Source of the DNA: Octopus vulgaris
Taxonomy: Eukaryota
NCBI GenBank assembly: GCA_951406725.2
Contig: OX597822.1
Coordinates: forward strand, 28,272,001-28,336,000
Direction: 5' to 3'
DNA length: 64,000 bases
Shown: piece by piece, positions 25,472-39,370 of the stretch
Layout: each line of letters starts with the position of its first letter
How positions within the stretch are numbered: the first letter of the stretch is position 1
Made by a program: the position numbers and the translations under genes
Notes under the pieces: generated by a model
Told to the model about the DNA's origin: nothing
Databases searched by the model: none
What the model saw: only the letters and a program-made list of their open reading frames with translations

Positions 25472-26462
25472 CATACACACACAGATGCTGCAAGTTTGAC
25501 GATTACAAGTGAGTGCAGGTGGTATATTTGTAACCGCTTTTCTCCTTTGCCTTGCAACCCTAAGTCTGCTAATACCAGTTGCAACGAAGTTTCTTATACC
25601 ATTTTGACACAACGATCTCCATTTTGTTCGCTCCGAGGCTATTCGCACAAAAGTGACAAAAGTGTTGTGAGCTATCATCACTGCTGAGAGATTACTCTTC
25701 AGCGTGTTCCTATGTCTGACCCATAGTCGACCAACATTCCGTTATTAGGCTAGATATACATGAGGACTTTGGGTATTTTTTGTTACTCATTCTGATAACA
25801 TGGCCAGCCCAGCGCAATTGCGACTGCATAAGGAAGCTCTCGATTCCACCAATCTTAAACTTGCTGAACAGGTCGGCATTTGAAACTCTGTCATTTAGTG
25901 GGAGAGTGAGGTCGCGCCGATACAGTCATCGATATAACGATTGTATAGGTCGGGAGTGGGACCAGGGAATTGTGAGAATATTTGGGCCTCAACGTAACCA
26001 GCGAACAGGTTCGCTTAGTTGGGGGCCATTCTCGTTCCCATGGCCACTCCTGAGAACGGTTGGTAAAAATCCACCGTGAACGAGACGCAGTTGATGGAGA
26101 AAACAAGTTTGGCCAGACAAAGAATTGTGAAGGTGCCAGGTTGGGGGTCAGGTCGAAGGTCTAGAAAGTATTTTAGTGCAAGAAGTCCTTCGTTGTCTGA
26201 GATCGCTGAATATAAACATTTGATATCAAGAATGAACAGAAATTTAGAGGGGCCAGAAGGTAAGGAGAAAGAATTAAAGAGACGAAGAGCATGGTTTATG
26301 TTGTGGATGTGGGAGGGAAGTGGGGGAAGCCACTAGGGGCCAAGAACACGATCGAGGTATAAAAATTCAACAAACAATTAAAGATGGAGAAGAAATATTA
26401 AAAGTTTTATAAAAATTTTAATCCATGCATAAAGTAAAAAGGATGAAATTGTACTCAACCTT

Positions 26463-26509
<47 letters not shown>

Positions 26510-27181
26510 CCTGTACGTATACCTATATCAAATTTATATTTACGCATATTTATATTTGTATTAAACATGTTTATATATTGAGTTGTGCTTTTTAATGCTA
26601 ATGCCAATACAGTTGTTATTATGTATGGTATTAGAATATCAATAGCCAACCGAACTAAATGCATCTAAATGCCATTTCAAATTTAGTATTTGTCATTAAT
26701 GCTCTGAGCTCTTTATCAATGAAAATGTTATATAAGCATTTAAAATCTTAATTTGTAGAGTAAGAGATAGACACATGATAATCCCATGTCATTTTAATCT
26801 TATGGTCTCTATTTTGCATATACGTTACTTATGGAATTCGCTAATTTCCAATTACCAATTATATGACTTTTTTCTAACTTACTTTTCTAATATTACCTTT
26901 GCAAATGTCATATTAGAAGCAAAAAGCAATATATTTGAGAATGATTCTGTTTGAAGTTGCTTTGGGTTAGGATATTGTATTATCAATATTAATATACTGG
27001 TTATGTTCTGCATCATGGTCTTTGTTAAATATTATCTTAATATATATTTTCTTTATTTTCAGATATGCAACAGTTGATTGCTTCAAAGGAAAAACTGTCT
27101 ACCTATTTAAGAAACAATATTTTATTATCGAAAATATAAAAACACTAACTCAAGGACAAAGTTCTCACACCGGAATTCAAA

Positions 27182-29139
27182 ATGTTCCAGTACTCCAAGA
27201 ATCTGCTACTCATCTTTATGATAGCTTTTGGCGACGAAGTCATTCAACAGTCAAGTTGTTTTACAAAAATTCCTAAATGTAATCAAGCAATGTGTAGCAA
27301 TTGTTCGTGTGATAAATATTGTTACCTGTATAATGAATGTTGCTTAGATTGGGTAAATCAAACTAATATAAATCAAAGAACATTGTCAACAGATTACAGT
27401 TGCAGGAAAATTGATGCTAATAACAGTTATTTCGTATTTGACCGCTGCCCAAGCGACTATTCATTTACAGATCACGTTACTTACTGTGAAACACCAGACG
27501 AGAATGACCGATTATACAACATACCTGCTTTGGGAAAACAAACTAAAAGACTTTACAGGAATTTGTTCTGTGCTCTGTGTAACGGAGAGGAATACATATT
27601 ATGGACAGTTCACTACAAATGTAATCAGATGATGGATATAGATTTGTCACTCTTCCCTGACAAGATACAGAATCACTGCCAAATATTGTTTGAAGCGCCA
27701 TCAAACTATAAAGATTACAAATATAACTGTATTCATTACGTTGCAAAATGTCCTCCAGACGTTGCCAATGCATCCTTAGTTTCTTCGTGTATGTTTGGAC
27801 CAATGGCTATTGTGAAATCAAATGGAACTAAATTTAGGAATACTCACTGCGCCATCTGCAACGGTTTTCATATTAATGATATTTTCTGTAATGTAACTAT
27901 CGATGAAAGAACAACATATTTTACCCCGCAATACCCTCTAACAATAATATTTAACTATAATGATAATAATTTTGAAGTTTCAAATATGCTCCAACGTAAA
28001 CTTTATTCGAAACAATTACCCTCTTGTTCACAAGGATATTTTTACGATGAACAAAAGAAACGATGTCGGCATTTTCACTATAATTCTAGATTAAATTGTA
28101 CAGCTAAAAGACTGGAAAAATCTGAATATTACATCACTAGTGATGGAGATCTTTACCTAAATGCTTCCAACATTCTACTCAACCAATCAGCATTCATTCA
28201 TGATCCACAAGGTATAAGTATTTGTGTAAATAACAGAACACATGGGATGGGAAAATATTATACTTTTGCAAGCTATATCACGTTAGTAGGACTAGTGACA
28301 TCTATTCCTGCTTTATTCATTACTATCATAGTTTATCTTTGTATACCTGATCTCCTTACATTACCAGGTAAACTTCTCATTAGCCTTTTATTATCATTGT
28401 TTACAGCAGAACTCCTGCTTCTTATCTCACCACAAGTTACATCGAGTTCCTTGTGTACAACAATAGCTGTTCTCATGCATTATTTTTTCCTGGCGGCTTT
28501 CTTCTGGATGAATGTCATGTCATTTGATGCCTGGTACACTTTTTCAGGATTTACACCGCTTCGAAGTACAGAAAAAGACACAAAGAGACTTGTCTACTAT
28601 TCTTTATATGCTTGGATATGTCCACTTATAATTGTGACAATCTCACTCGTATTTCAATATGCACCCGGGAACCATGCACTCTCTCCAGAATATGGAAAAG
28701 GATTTTTTGTTGGATTACAAATATAAAATCTCGATTGTGGCTCTTTGCAGTGCCGCTAATAATAATTTTGTTCCTTAATATATTGTCTTTCATACTCACT
28801 GCCAGGGGTCTCTATTTAGCAAGTAAAAACTCATCTAAATATCTGGAAGTAAAGAATAGGACGAAATTTAAGGTTTATTTTAAGCTAAGCCTTGTAATGG
28901 GCTTAACATGGATATTTAGCTTCTTTCCAAAATTGAATGAAATCGGTGTACTTTTTCTCATAGCCTGTATTTTAAATTCCTTCATTGGCTTAATAATTAG
29001 CATATCATTTTTATCAACGAAAATTGTAAGACGACATTTTCATCTTAAATGCTACCAAAGATATTACAAAAAGGAATGCAAACATACTGACATATATACC
29101 AGTTCTAACAAAACGCAGTCGACCAATGTACATATATAG
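27182..29139 (+). pseudogene. GPCR copy 2, same sequence as copy 1 but with a 1-nt deletion (T7 to T6, 28703-28708) truncating after TM4; pseudogene or sequencing error
   Basis: ORFs 27182..28726 and 28612..29139 together rebuild the 652-aa protein. Confidence 0.8.
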
Positions 29140-31916
29140 TATTATTTATAAACGTATCCTAAACACTTTACGGGTTTAAATTAATACTCAGTCTATAGTT
29201 AAATTAATACTCAGTCTATGGTTAAATCTAGTCTATGGTTAAATCTAGTCCACAAATCGCGTACCGTCTTAAAGCAATGTGCTAACATCCATTATTCCTG
29301 CACTTTCTCCAAATACGTATGACATTCTCGTGCTGAGTTTTTCTTGTGAAAAGGCAATTAGTATATGCAATATATCCAACAATTACGGGTGGACGCATTA
29401 ATTTCGAAATAGTATATCCTGACGATACATGAATTTCTCTTTATCTCTCTTTTTCTGTCTCGCACCTTCTCGCTCTCTTATTCCCCCCTTCTCTTTATCT
29501 CACCCCCTCTCACTCTGCTCCATTTTCATTTCAAATCACAGAGAAGGTGGCCTTGAAAATCAACGTTTAGCAGAAAACTGCCTGCAAGGTTTTATTTCTG
29601 CACTACAAATTCCCATTACCTCCCAGATCTAATACTGATTACGTATGATAAAACTGCCAAAACCCAAAATTCCAAAGCATGGTAATATTCAACGTCTCCC
29701 CAACATCTTTTACTAGAGAGCGTCTAGATAATATTGGTTTACCACAAAGCTAGCAATTTTCGTTGAAATACGCTGTCTTTTATTTCAATTAATTTCAAAA
29801 CTAAAGATTGGTCGGATTTTATTGATCACGTGTGCGATATTCTAGCGAATCGTGAGGCAATACTGAAAATACTCTGCCGGTTCACTACCTTCGTCTATGT
29901 TATATTATTGGTTTCAAATGTTGGCACAAGGCTGGCAGTTTCGTGAGAGAAGTTAGATAGATTGCATCGACCCCTGTGTTTAATGGATTATTTTATTGAT
30001 TATTTTATTGTCCCCCAAAGGAATGAAAGGCAAAGTTGACCCCGGCCGCATTTGAGCCCAAAATGTAAAGACTAACGAAATGCTGCTAAGTTTTTGCCCG
30101 ATGTTTTAACGATTCTGCTGGTTAGCCGCCTTCTTGTATGTTATGGTACTCAAGTTCAAGAAAAGTTTCTTATCCAAAATAGCTAAAACATCATTGCAAA
30201 TATCTTGAAGTTAGCTATGGTTACCTTTAAAACACTCTAGATTCTCAAGTTAAAGAAAAGTTTCTTATGGTATTAGCCAGATATTTTAAGCAACCAGCTG
30301 GCAAATCCGTGGGCACGCCGGGCAAAATGCTTAACGGCATTTTGTCTGTGTTTACGTTCTGAGTTCAAACTCTGCCGAGGTCAACTTTATCTTTCATCCT
30401 TTCTGAGTCGATAAAATAAGTAACAGTTGAACACTGGGGTCGATGTAATTGACTTGCTCCGCTCCTGAAATTGCTGGCCTTGAGCCAAAATTTGAAACCA
30501 GTATCATAACATGGTTCTTTAGACGTCCTACAATCACTTCCTATCAGCTCTCTACAATGAAGGTTGGATATATAGCTAGTACATACTGAATTTTCCCGAG
30601 AAAACCCTTCTCTAGTAAGCGCCTCCAACACAGCAGCAACATTTGTAAGTTAGCCTACTAACCCATTCGCAATGTGCACATGTGTTTATGTGCCTTCGTA
30701 TTATATTTCTCATAAATATGGAGATTTCACATTGGTAGCACTATCCACAACCTACACGTTCGAATTAAATACAAATACCTCCTTTGTCAAAAAATTCTGG
30801 AAAAATGCCATAACATAGAGATAAGGGCGGTTACCAAAGCCACAAAATGAAATATTTGAAATCTGAGGAGTAAACAAATCATTTTGATTTAAAAAGCAAA
30901 ACGTTAACCAGTCTTATTAATGGTAGAATTATCTAAACTACACTGATTGGCTGATTTCATTAACACAAAAAGTCAGCATCTTCCACAAATTCTCCCCAAG
31001 ATTTTAGCGTCCAAAATGTAACTGATTCCTTATTTTAACCTGTTATGATTTTGAATCTTCTGATAATTTGGAAATTGATTTTTAAATCTACAAGGCTATC
31101 AGCTGAAAATGGGTAGATATAAAATTGGCTTACTTAATCAGAAACTTTCCTGCAGAAATTACTAACAAAAAGACATTTTTTCGACCAGAGAGACTTAAAT
31201 GTGGCGGCCAATTTCACCATTCACGATACACGCATGCGAGATCCATTTCACTAAATGAAATATCTACTATCCCGGACGTATAGTTCAGGAGCTTCTATAT
31301 TCGAATACAAAAGCGCTTCCCCACATGGGCATATCCTTCAAAAATCACTGCAACACATATAGCCACGGGAAAATGGACATTGCTATCAGCATCAAAGTCG
31401 CATAAGTAATTTGGAAATGAAAAGAGCATATACAAATTATTAATAACCTACACGAATTGGATAACATTCACTGGCTACTTTAGCAAATTTGGTTGATCAT
31501 CGTGCGTACCTGTACTTAAAACCAATAACTTTTCTCTATGTCATAGCAGCATACTTAAGCTAACAGCATATTGGACACAGATTGAACGCAAACTTTTGCA
31601 ATTTTACAACTCAACACATGCTTTCTTTGAATTTTGTTCACACAACGCCGCGAGGCTAACTCAAGCTGACAATTATTTTCTCTCTTTATTTTGTCTTCGT
31701 GTACATTTGGAAAGAGTTATTCTATCAAGATTATTAAACATCTTTAAGGTAATGATTCAAAAGTTTTGTTTTTTTCATTTGTAGTTATTCTCCTATATAC
31801 TGCCACATTCGAACACGCAAACACATATATATATGTGTGTGTGTAAGTATATACACATATAGGTGTGTGTGCATTTGTGTGAGTGTGTGTGTTAGTGTGT
31901 GGTTATGTGTATATGT

Positions 31917-31948
<32 letters not shown>

Positions 31949-32322
31949 ATGCGTGTGCCTGAGTAAGTGAATATGCATTTATTTTATCAAATACATGTTA
32001 AATTATCTGTAACATACAACTTTGTAACAAAATGTTGGTTTCTCACAAATTTAATTACTTGAATGCAATCGAATGTACATCATGCATTGCACGAGCACGC
32101 GTGTATGTGTATAGAAACATATAATTCTTGATGTCTAAAACGTACCAAAAGTTATATTTCGTTACAATCACATTCGGAGTCAACAATAACAAAATGTTTA
32201 TGCTAGTATAATTAAAGGAAGTTTGAAATTATTGAAGATGTATTTAATAATTCCTATGGGGTTGAATTGTCCCGACAACACTAGAAGGGATGATGATTAT
32301 ACACATTTCAATGAATATATAT

Positions 32323-32393
<71 letters not shown>

Positions 32394-32566
32394 TTAGAGA
32401 TAAAACCACTATTAGGCAACTCAAACAGTGATAGACATAAACCAAAACATAAAAAACAAAAAATAAATATAAGTAATATAATATATAATATATATATATA
32501 AAATATAAAATTTAAAATTTAAATTATTAAATTTTAAATTTTTGTAAGTTTGGATATACTCCCTAA

Positions 32567-32641
<75 letters not shown>

Positions 32642-34238
32642 CATATATATACTAGCTGGTGTACCCGGTAACTCCCGGATTGGGAGGATAAAGATATTCT
32701 ATTTAAATGCCTTATTGAAAAGCCTTATTATAACAAAGCAATTTCGTTATAACAGTTACAAAAGGTGCCGCTACGTGATACACAATGTTTTGGGTTTTGC
32801 CGTTGGGTGCATAGATGAATAAATTTTCCAGATTTCCAACACATAGAACTGTCCGTGAGAAAGAGCAAGTTCTGCAAGATTAAGGCCTACCACTTCCAAT
32901 GTCTGTCCTTGTGTCTTGTTGATGCTCATTGCAAAGCTTAATCTCAGTTCGAATTGTAGCCATTTGAAATTAATTTGTGTCGGAAGAAATCAGGGGAGTC
33001 TTTGGAATGAAAACATCTTCACCACTTGCTTTTCCAGTGAGTATTGTTACCTCCAATACTGTCTGCATCAATCTTTTGATAATAAGTCTTGTGCCATTGC
33101 ATAAATTGTGGAGGTGGTCGAGGTTTCTTAAAAGCATAACTGGGTCTCCAACATTTAGATGCAATTTATGCGGTGGTATACCTGAAGGAGCAAGGCTACT
33201 GAGAAATTCGGCGGAGTAATGAATAGCGTCATTGGTGTGGAGCACAATATCAATTGACTTTTATATCCCACGATTGTTAGGCACATGTTCCAGACGATGA
33301 CTGTTTACGCCATCGACTGTGACATTTTTGGCGCCAAAATTGCACAGTTTCTCAGTCAACAATGCTCTCTGAATTGTGTGTTCAGATTGAGGAAAATTCA
33401 CGCCAATAGTTCGTGTATATCTGACACCAAATTGCCAAAGGGTAAACTAATCTTCCGATCCTGCTCAACAATTACAGCACCGTTCCCAGTATCCATTAAT
33501 TGTCTGCAGAAGTTCTCCATGTGCGCATTACCATCTAACTGCACTTTCATGCTTGTTGTGAATTTCAACTTTCTAACCTTGTTCCAAAGGTATGAAGATT
33601 TGATGCTCGCATTTACCTCATCTGCTCTCGTTCCCTTTGGAATGACTGGGAGCGTTTGTCGAAAGTCGCCTGCAAGGAGTACTGTTAGGCTGCCCATTAG
33701 CCTTGTGATGCGCCTCAGGTCTTTAAGTAATCTGTCAAGAGCCTCAAAATCCCCCTTATGACTCATTGTCGCTTCATCCCAAATGATCAATTTATACTCG
33801 GTGAGAATGTTTGCTTTTGTAGTGCCACGACTGATATTGCAGGTTGCTATCTCTTTTTTTTGGGGGGGGGGGGCAAGGTCCAGAGGAAATTTGTAGCACG
33901 AATGAGCTATGCGTCCACCGTTTAACGGAGTTGCAGCTATTCAACTTGACACCACGGCAAGTGCTATCTGTTTATTTTGTCGCAGCTTCGCCAAATTAAG
34001 ATTGATAATGAATGATTTGCTGGTTACACCTGGAGAATCGAGAAAGAAGAGATTATCAGTCTCGCTATGAGTGGACGAAATAATGGATTCGAAGCCAGTT
34101 TTCTGATCCTCGTTCAATTTCTGTTCATTATCAGCCACAAACGATGCCATCTTTTCGACGTCGTAATTGATCTCCCGTACATATTCGACTTCAAGGGTTT
34201 CAGGTGATATATCTGGTTTAGGCAACTCTACTGCCACC

Positions 34239-34340
34239 CACGGATTTCACAATGTTGGTAAGCAAGTTATCCTACCAGCAAGCTTCATTGGTTCTCCACG
34301 ATACATGCATCAACGGACCCAGGATGCTATGGCATACATT
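34239..34340 (+). mobile_element. Inverted Helitron Rep N-terminal fragment
   Basis: VGKQVILPASFIGSPRYMHQRTQDAMAYI on +, opposite to the helicase; flanked by ctgccacc/ggtggcag inverted repeats. Confidence 0.75.
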
Positions 34341-34659
34341 GGTGGCAGCCATTGTGTTTAAGATCTAAGGCAAGATAATTTGTCGGTGATGGTAATACTC
34401 TTCTATGATTTGACAACCACTACGTATGAGTCAATCTACATATAAATATATAAGATGTTCTCAATGCTACAAGATGATGTACTGTAGGCAGAAGCGGCAA
34501 CGACTCTCCAGTTGCTTGCACAGCCGAATCCTCTGCTGTTGTTCATCCATGTCAACACCCATGTCAATAATTCCTTTTGACTAAATACAAAATCATTTTT
34601 ACTTAAAATATAATCAATTACGGAAAAGATAAGACAAATGAAGTATTAGTATTAGAGTA

Positions 34660-35001
34660 ATGAAGTATTAGTCCTAGTAAGGGTAAAGACCCCCTTCGGT
34701 CATGAATGACCATAAGATTGCACCTAGAAAGTTACCCTCCTAGACACAAGTCCGGGTAAGGTTGTTTATGGAAGACCAGCAGTCGCCCATGCATACCAGC
34801 CTCCCCTCTCCACGCCACCAGTGTTATCCAAGGGAAAGACAAAGGTCGATACAGCTTTGCACCAGTGACGTCGCAACTCATTTCTACAGCTGAGTGAACT
34901 GGAGCAACGTGAAATAAAGTGCCTTGCTCAAGAACACAACACGCAGCCCGGTCCGGGATTCGAGCTCACAACCTCACGATCGTAAACTCGACGCTCTAAC
35001 C
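34660..35001 (-). mobile_element. tRNA-derived SINE nested in the Helitron
   Basis: Minus head ggttagagcgtcgag...gctcgaatcccgg (A/B-box-like); 12-bp TSD agtattagagta (34648-34659 / 35002-35013). Confidence 0.8.
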
Positions 35002-35565
35002 AGTATTAGAGTATTAATCCTTGTTATGTGTAGTAGTATAAAGAGAGCATGACGAAGATTGTATTTTGGAAGACATTCCACCTAACTTCATTATCAACTC
35101 TGAAACTGTGTGTTATGCTTGAGAAGGCTTTGAAACTGTGAGAGATATTAAGGTAATAGTGTCCGTTTGCTTGTTAATGTATGAATTTGTGTATATACAA
35201 ATACTCACAAACACGCGTCGATAGGATGTGACATGAAAATCTAGTGCAAACGAATAGAGTAGTTTTCTATTTCTGGTAATACTATTAGTTCAGAGAGAGG
35301 GAAGTAATTATAACACATGAAAGAAAGAAGAGGAAAATACTATAGGAAGGAAAAAATAGTTAGGGAATGGCTAGTGAGGGAAATGATTTTGTGTAACTGA
35401 AGAATAAGAGAGGCGAAGTAACGGAGGTGGTAACATTAGTAGGTGAAAGGAGCAACGATCAGATCAAGAGGGAGATAGAAAGAATTCTGGGAGAACTTCA
35501 AGCCAATCCGTTGTGGAGGTGAGGAGTTTATAAACAAGGAAAAGCGATATACACGCATACATGTA

Positions 35566-35641
<76 letters not shown>

Positions 35642-36051
35642 CATACATACATACATACATACATACATACATACATACATACATACATACACACATACAT
35701 ACACACATATATATATATATATATATGTATTTATATTTATATGTGTGTGTATGTATGTATGTATATATGTGTACGCTTATATATACATATAGTTTCCCTC
35801 AAAGACACCAAATGAAAATAACATTTACTTTACTAATATCATGTAAAGGTGAGGCTGGTGTTGGTACTGGTGGTGGTTGGTGGTGGGTGGTGAGTGGCAG
35901 TGGCGGCGGTGGCGGCGGTGGCGGCGGTGGCGGCGGTGGTGGTGGGGTGGCGGTGTCGGTGTCGGTGGCGGTAGTTGGCAGCGGTGATTAATGATGCTGC
36001 TGAAGGTGATGAGACTGGTCGTGATGGTGGAGCTGTTGCTGGTATTATTTC

Positions 36052-36279
36052 GGCGAGTTGGCAGAAACGTTAGCACGCCGGGTGAAATGCTTTGCCGTAT
36101 TTCGTCTGCCACTACGTTCTGAGTTCAATTTCCGCCGAGGTCGACTTTGCCTTTCATCCTTTCGGAGTCGATTAAATAAGTACCAGTTACGCACTGGGGT
36201 CGATATAATCGACTTAATCCGTTTGTCTGTCCTTGTTTGTCCCCTCTGTGTTTAGCCCCTTGTGAGTAGTAAAGAAATA
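36052..36279 (+). mobile_element. Full-length tRNA-derived SINE with a Tx1-LINE-like tail
   Basis: 11-bp TSD ggtattatttc (36041-36051 / 36280-36290); head ggcgagttggcagaaacgttagcacg...gagttcaattt. Confidence 0.85.
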
Positions 36280-36912
36280 GGTATTATTTCTACGTTCTAT
36301 AACCTATTGGATTTTGTAACCAGCCACATTAAAAAAATTCATGTTAGAGTTTATTTGCTTAAAAAAAAAAAACAAAAAAAAACAGCTAAGTTTTCATTAA
36401 TTACACAACTCCGCTGATTCCTATCGCGAAAAGATAAGACTAACCAAGGTCACTATCTTGGTTATGGTTAATGTAAACAATTTTAACGTTAACTGGGCCA
36501 GTTTAGAATAGTAGTTCACTTTGTTTCAGATTTAGCGAAATGAAATTATGAAATAAGTGACAGAGAATTAAAAATATGTATCTTCAAGAAATTTTTTGCT
36601 GTGTTGTTACCGTTTTGTCTGTTTCGAAATTGTTCAAAGTTTTTGTTGGTTCAACGCTTAACTGAATAATACTTGCAAACTTAATCAAAATTACTAAAAT
36701 AGTTACTAAAACAGATTACTAAAATAACAGTTATCGTATATATAGCGTGCAAATATCATAATCCTTGTTCTAATTCATTGACCAATAGAAGAGGTCAAGC
36801 CAACAAGGTTACTTACACATATACACCCTAGATATAGCAACGAAATATCCTTCCAATCACACACTTCCACGTTTGAATATGATCTTGTTGTCCTTGACAC
36901 ACTGACTGAAAA

Positions 36913-37126
36913 AGCAAAGTCTTCAGTGTGAGTATGTGGTTTGTGGGGTCAACCGCGTCCTCCGCTTCATTTTTTTGTAAATCACTCATTCTCATTTAAT
37001 TGCATATATTTTAATTGTTTATTTATTCATACGTTTCGTCTCATTCGATACCCTGACCCCAATGTTTGTTTTGTCTGTCCTCGTATCGTCTCCTCTTTTT
37101 CTCAACCTCATGGTTAATAAAGAAAT
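36913..37126 (+). mobile_element. 5'-truncated retroposed LINE 3'UTR-like fragment
   Basis: 10-bp TSD tgactgaaaa (36903-36912 / 37127-37136); tail tttgtctgtcctcgtatcgtctcctct...aataaagaaat resembles the SINE and Tx1 tail. Confidence 0.65.
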
Positions 37127-37733
37127 TGACTGAAAATGAAAAAGATAGTGTCACCAAGGATACGACAATTTACATCAAATTTTCATTGGATTGAAATTGA
37201 TTGGAATGAAATAATTGTGCTATGGCTGAATTACATGATTCGTTCTTAATTCGGGTGATCATTGATCCAGTTCTCACAATGGTGATGAGAGGCCGTCAGA
37301 GGTTCGAGTCTATAATGAAAACATTTAACATGGAGATGCACATAGCATTTTCATAGTCATACGCATCTAAGTAAGTGAGTTAGTTTATATTTTCGTTATG
37401 TTCTGATTGCGATTGCGATGCATGTTTGTTAAACACCGCCAGACGGTTTAGCACAACGACAGACATGAATATTGTTTCATTATCACAACCCTAGAGTATT
37501 GCAAGAATCACAGAGCGGACGTCCGATAATACACTGCTTTTGGAATTACGAGCACGCAAAAACAAGGAACAATTCAGTCAAGTAATTTTTCAGTAGCAGT
37601 TTTTATATAAGAGATTATTATTACATTTTATCACCTTGCTCAGCCCGTCCCCGATTTTAGTCAAAGAGACATCACACCAAGAGCATCACACGGAGAAACG
37701 TAACGAATTTCGGCAGATGAAAGTAAATACATA

Positions 37734-38128
37734 TGGGGGGGGGGGGGAGCACTCCGTCGGTTACGACGACGAGGGTTCCGGTTGATCCGAATCAACGGAA
37801 CAGCCTGCTCGTGAAATTAACGTGTAAGTGGCTGAGCACTCCACAGACACGTGTACCCTTAACGTAGTTCTCGGGGATATTCAGCGTGACACAGAGAGTG
37901 ACAAGGCCGGCCCCTTGAAATACAGGTACAACAGAAACAGGAAGTAAGAGTGAGAGAAAGTTGTGGTGAAAGAGTACAGCAGGGATCACCACCATCCCCT
38001 GCCGGAGCCTCGTGGAACTTTAGGTGTTTTCGCTCAATAAACACTCACAACGCCCGGTCTGGGAATCGAAACCGCGATCCTATGACCGCGAGTCCGCTGC
38101 CCTAACCACTGGGCCATTGCGCCTCCAC
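37734..38128 (-). mobile_element. Full-length tRNA-derived SINE ending in a poly(C) run
   Basis: Minus head gtggaggcgcaatggcccagtggttagg...ggtttcgattccc; 9-bp TSD aaatacata (37725-37733 / 38129-38137). Confidence 0.85.
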
Positions 38129-38152
38129 AAATACATAATTAGATAGGTAAAT

Positions 38153-38194
<42 letters not shown>

Positions 38195-39328
38195 AAAGGA
38201 TAGCAAAAGATTGGCGTTTTATTTATCGATTTTGGAAGAATACAAAAAAAAAAAAAAAAAACCAACGTTGTGTCCAAGCAGGAGTTGAACTCAAGTAGGT
38301 AGATAACGCAAAGTATTCTGTACGACGCTCTAACGATTCCGCTAATTCCCCACCTGTTATGTAGAATAAACATAGACTAACTGAAAATATATAAATCATA
38401 CTTTAATGACAAACTATGTATAATCAAGTACTAGCATCCAATTCACAGAAATTAACCTGAATACAGAAAATTGTAGTGCAATAACATATGTACCTAAACG
38501 TACATGTGGTAAGCTCTATAATTAACAGGGCAATCAACAGTAATATAAACTAATTTACCTTGATTGCTAAAGAATGTATCCATTATCTAATAATAAACAG
38601 AAAATAAAATAGGACCAACACTGATGAGAAATATAGTTTTTGTGGTCAAACATGACGTAACGAATAGTGTCCTTGACTGACACCTTTTCCTTTTTATCAT
38701 TATTTCCTTTTTATCTTATTTATTGCTACACATTAGTAATTTAAGAAGAAAGATTCAGGAATAGGATTTGTGATTTCAGCAGCCAGAAACTTGTTTACAT
38801 CCCTGGTATACAGACAATGTAAAACAACGAACAACATATCAAACGTACTTTACGGATTTTTTTTTCCTTAATTTTACGAGTGTTATGAAGCTTTGAAATA
38901 GGTTCCTACCACGTAAGTTATCAATTTCTTTATTGATTCACAATGGTTTGTTTACAGCATTTATTTAAAAGTTTTCTTCAGGTGTGAGGGTGTTATTTCG
39001 AAATGAAGCTTTATGTTCTATAACATTTTTGTGTATAAAGCTGCGTGTTATGAAGAAGATAACTGCAAGATTAAGAATAAGGTTGTACGTATTCTTAACC
39101 ATAAATTGAGAATTCAACTCTTCTGAGGGAGGGTGGGGGTGTTTTAAAGAAGAAATAAGAGAAAGGAACTGAAAAAAAAACAAATATAACTCGTTTGTGA
39201 TATTTAATGATTGTGACATTTTAGATGTGGGGTACGTTAGATGGAAAGACATGCACAAACTCATAAACAATTAAGGACAACACACACGCACAGATACAAA
39301 CGTATATAAAGTTATACTTATTTCCATG

Positions 39329-39370
<42 letters not shown>

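Larger units (their letters stand above)
17264..32201 (+). repeat. Segmental tandem duplication, copy B (~14.9 kb, lacks A 5168-6429)
   Basis: Near-identical to 1089-17266 apart from a few SNPs, microsatellite/homopolymer lengths and a ~1.26 kb deletion at ~21355; identity ends at ...aatgtttat (32201). Confidence 0.97.
32652..35570 (-). mobile_element. Degenerate autonomous-type Helitron (Rep/PIF1 helicase remnant)
   Basis: 3' CTAG^t at 32652 with hairpin ccggtaactcccgg; fragments LNEDQK..FFLDSPG, IIWDEATM..LLAGDFRQTLPV, GIPPHKLHLNVGDPVMLLRNL..LCNGTRLI, FAMSINKTQGQT; the 5' boundary is approximate. Confidence 0.88.

Noticed and set aside
32916-34237. Host PIF1 helicase gene
   Set aside because: Fragmented by stops and frameshifts, with a Helitron Rep motif and CTAG/hairpin terminus; it is a transposon remnant
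38055-38128. tRNA gene
   Set aside because: tRNA-like A/B boxes are the head of a TSD-flanked SINE; no full cloverleaf
38622-38675. CTGATGAGAAA motif
   Set aside because: Cannot fold into a three-stem hammerhead
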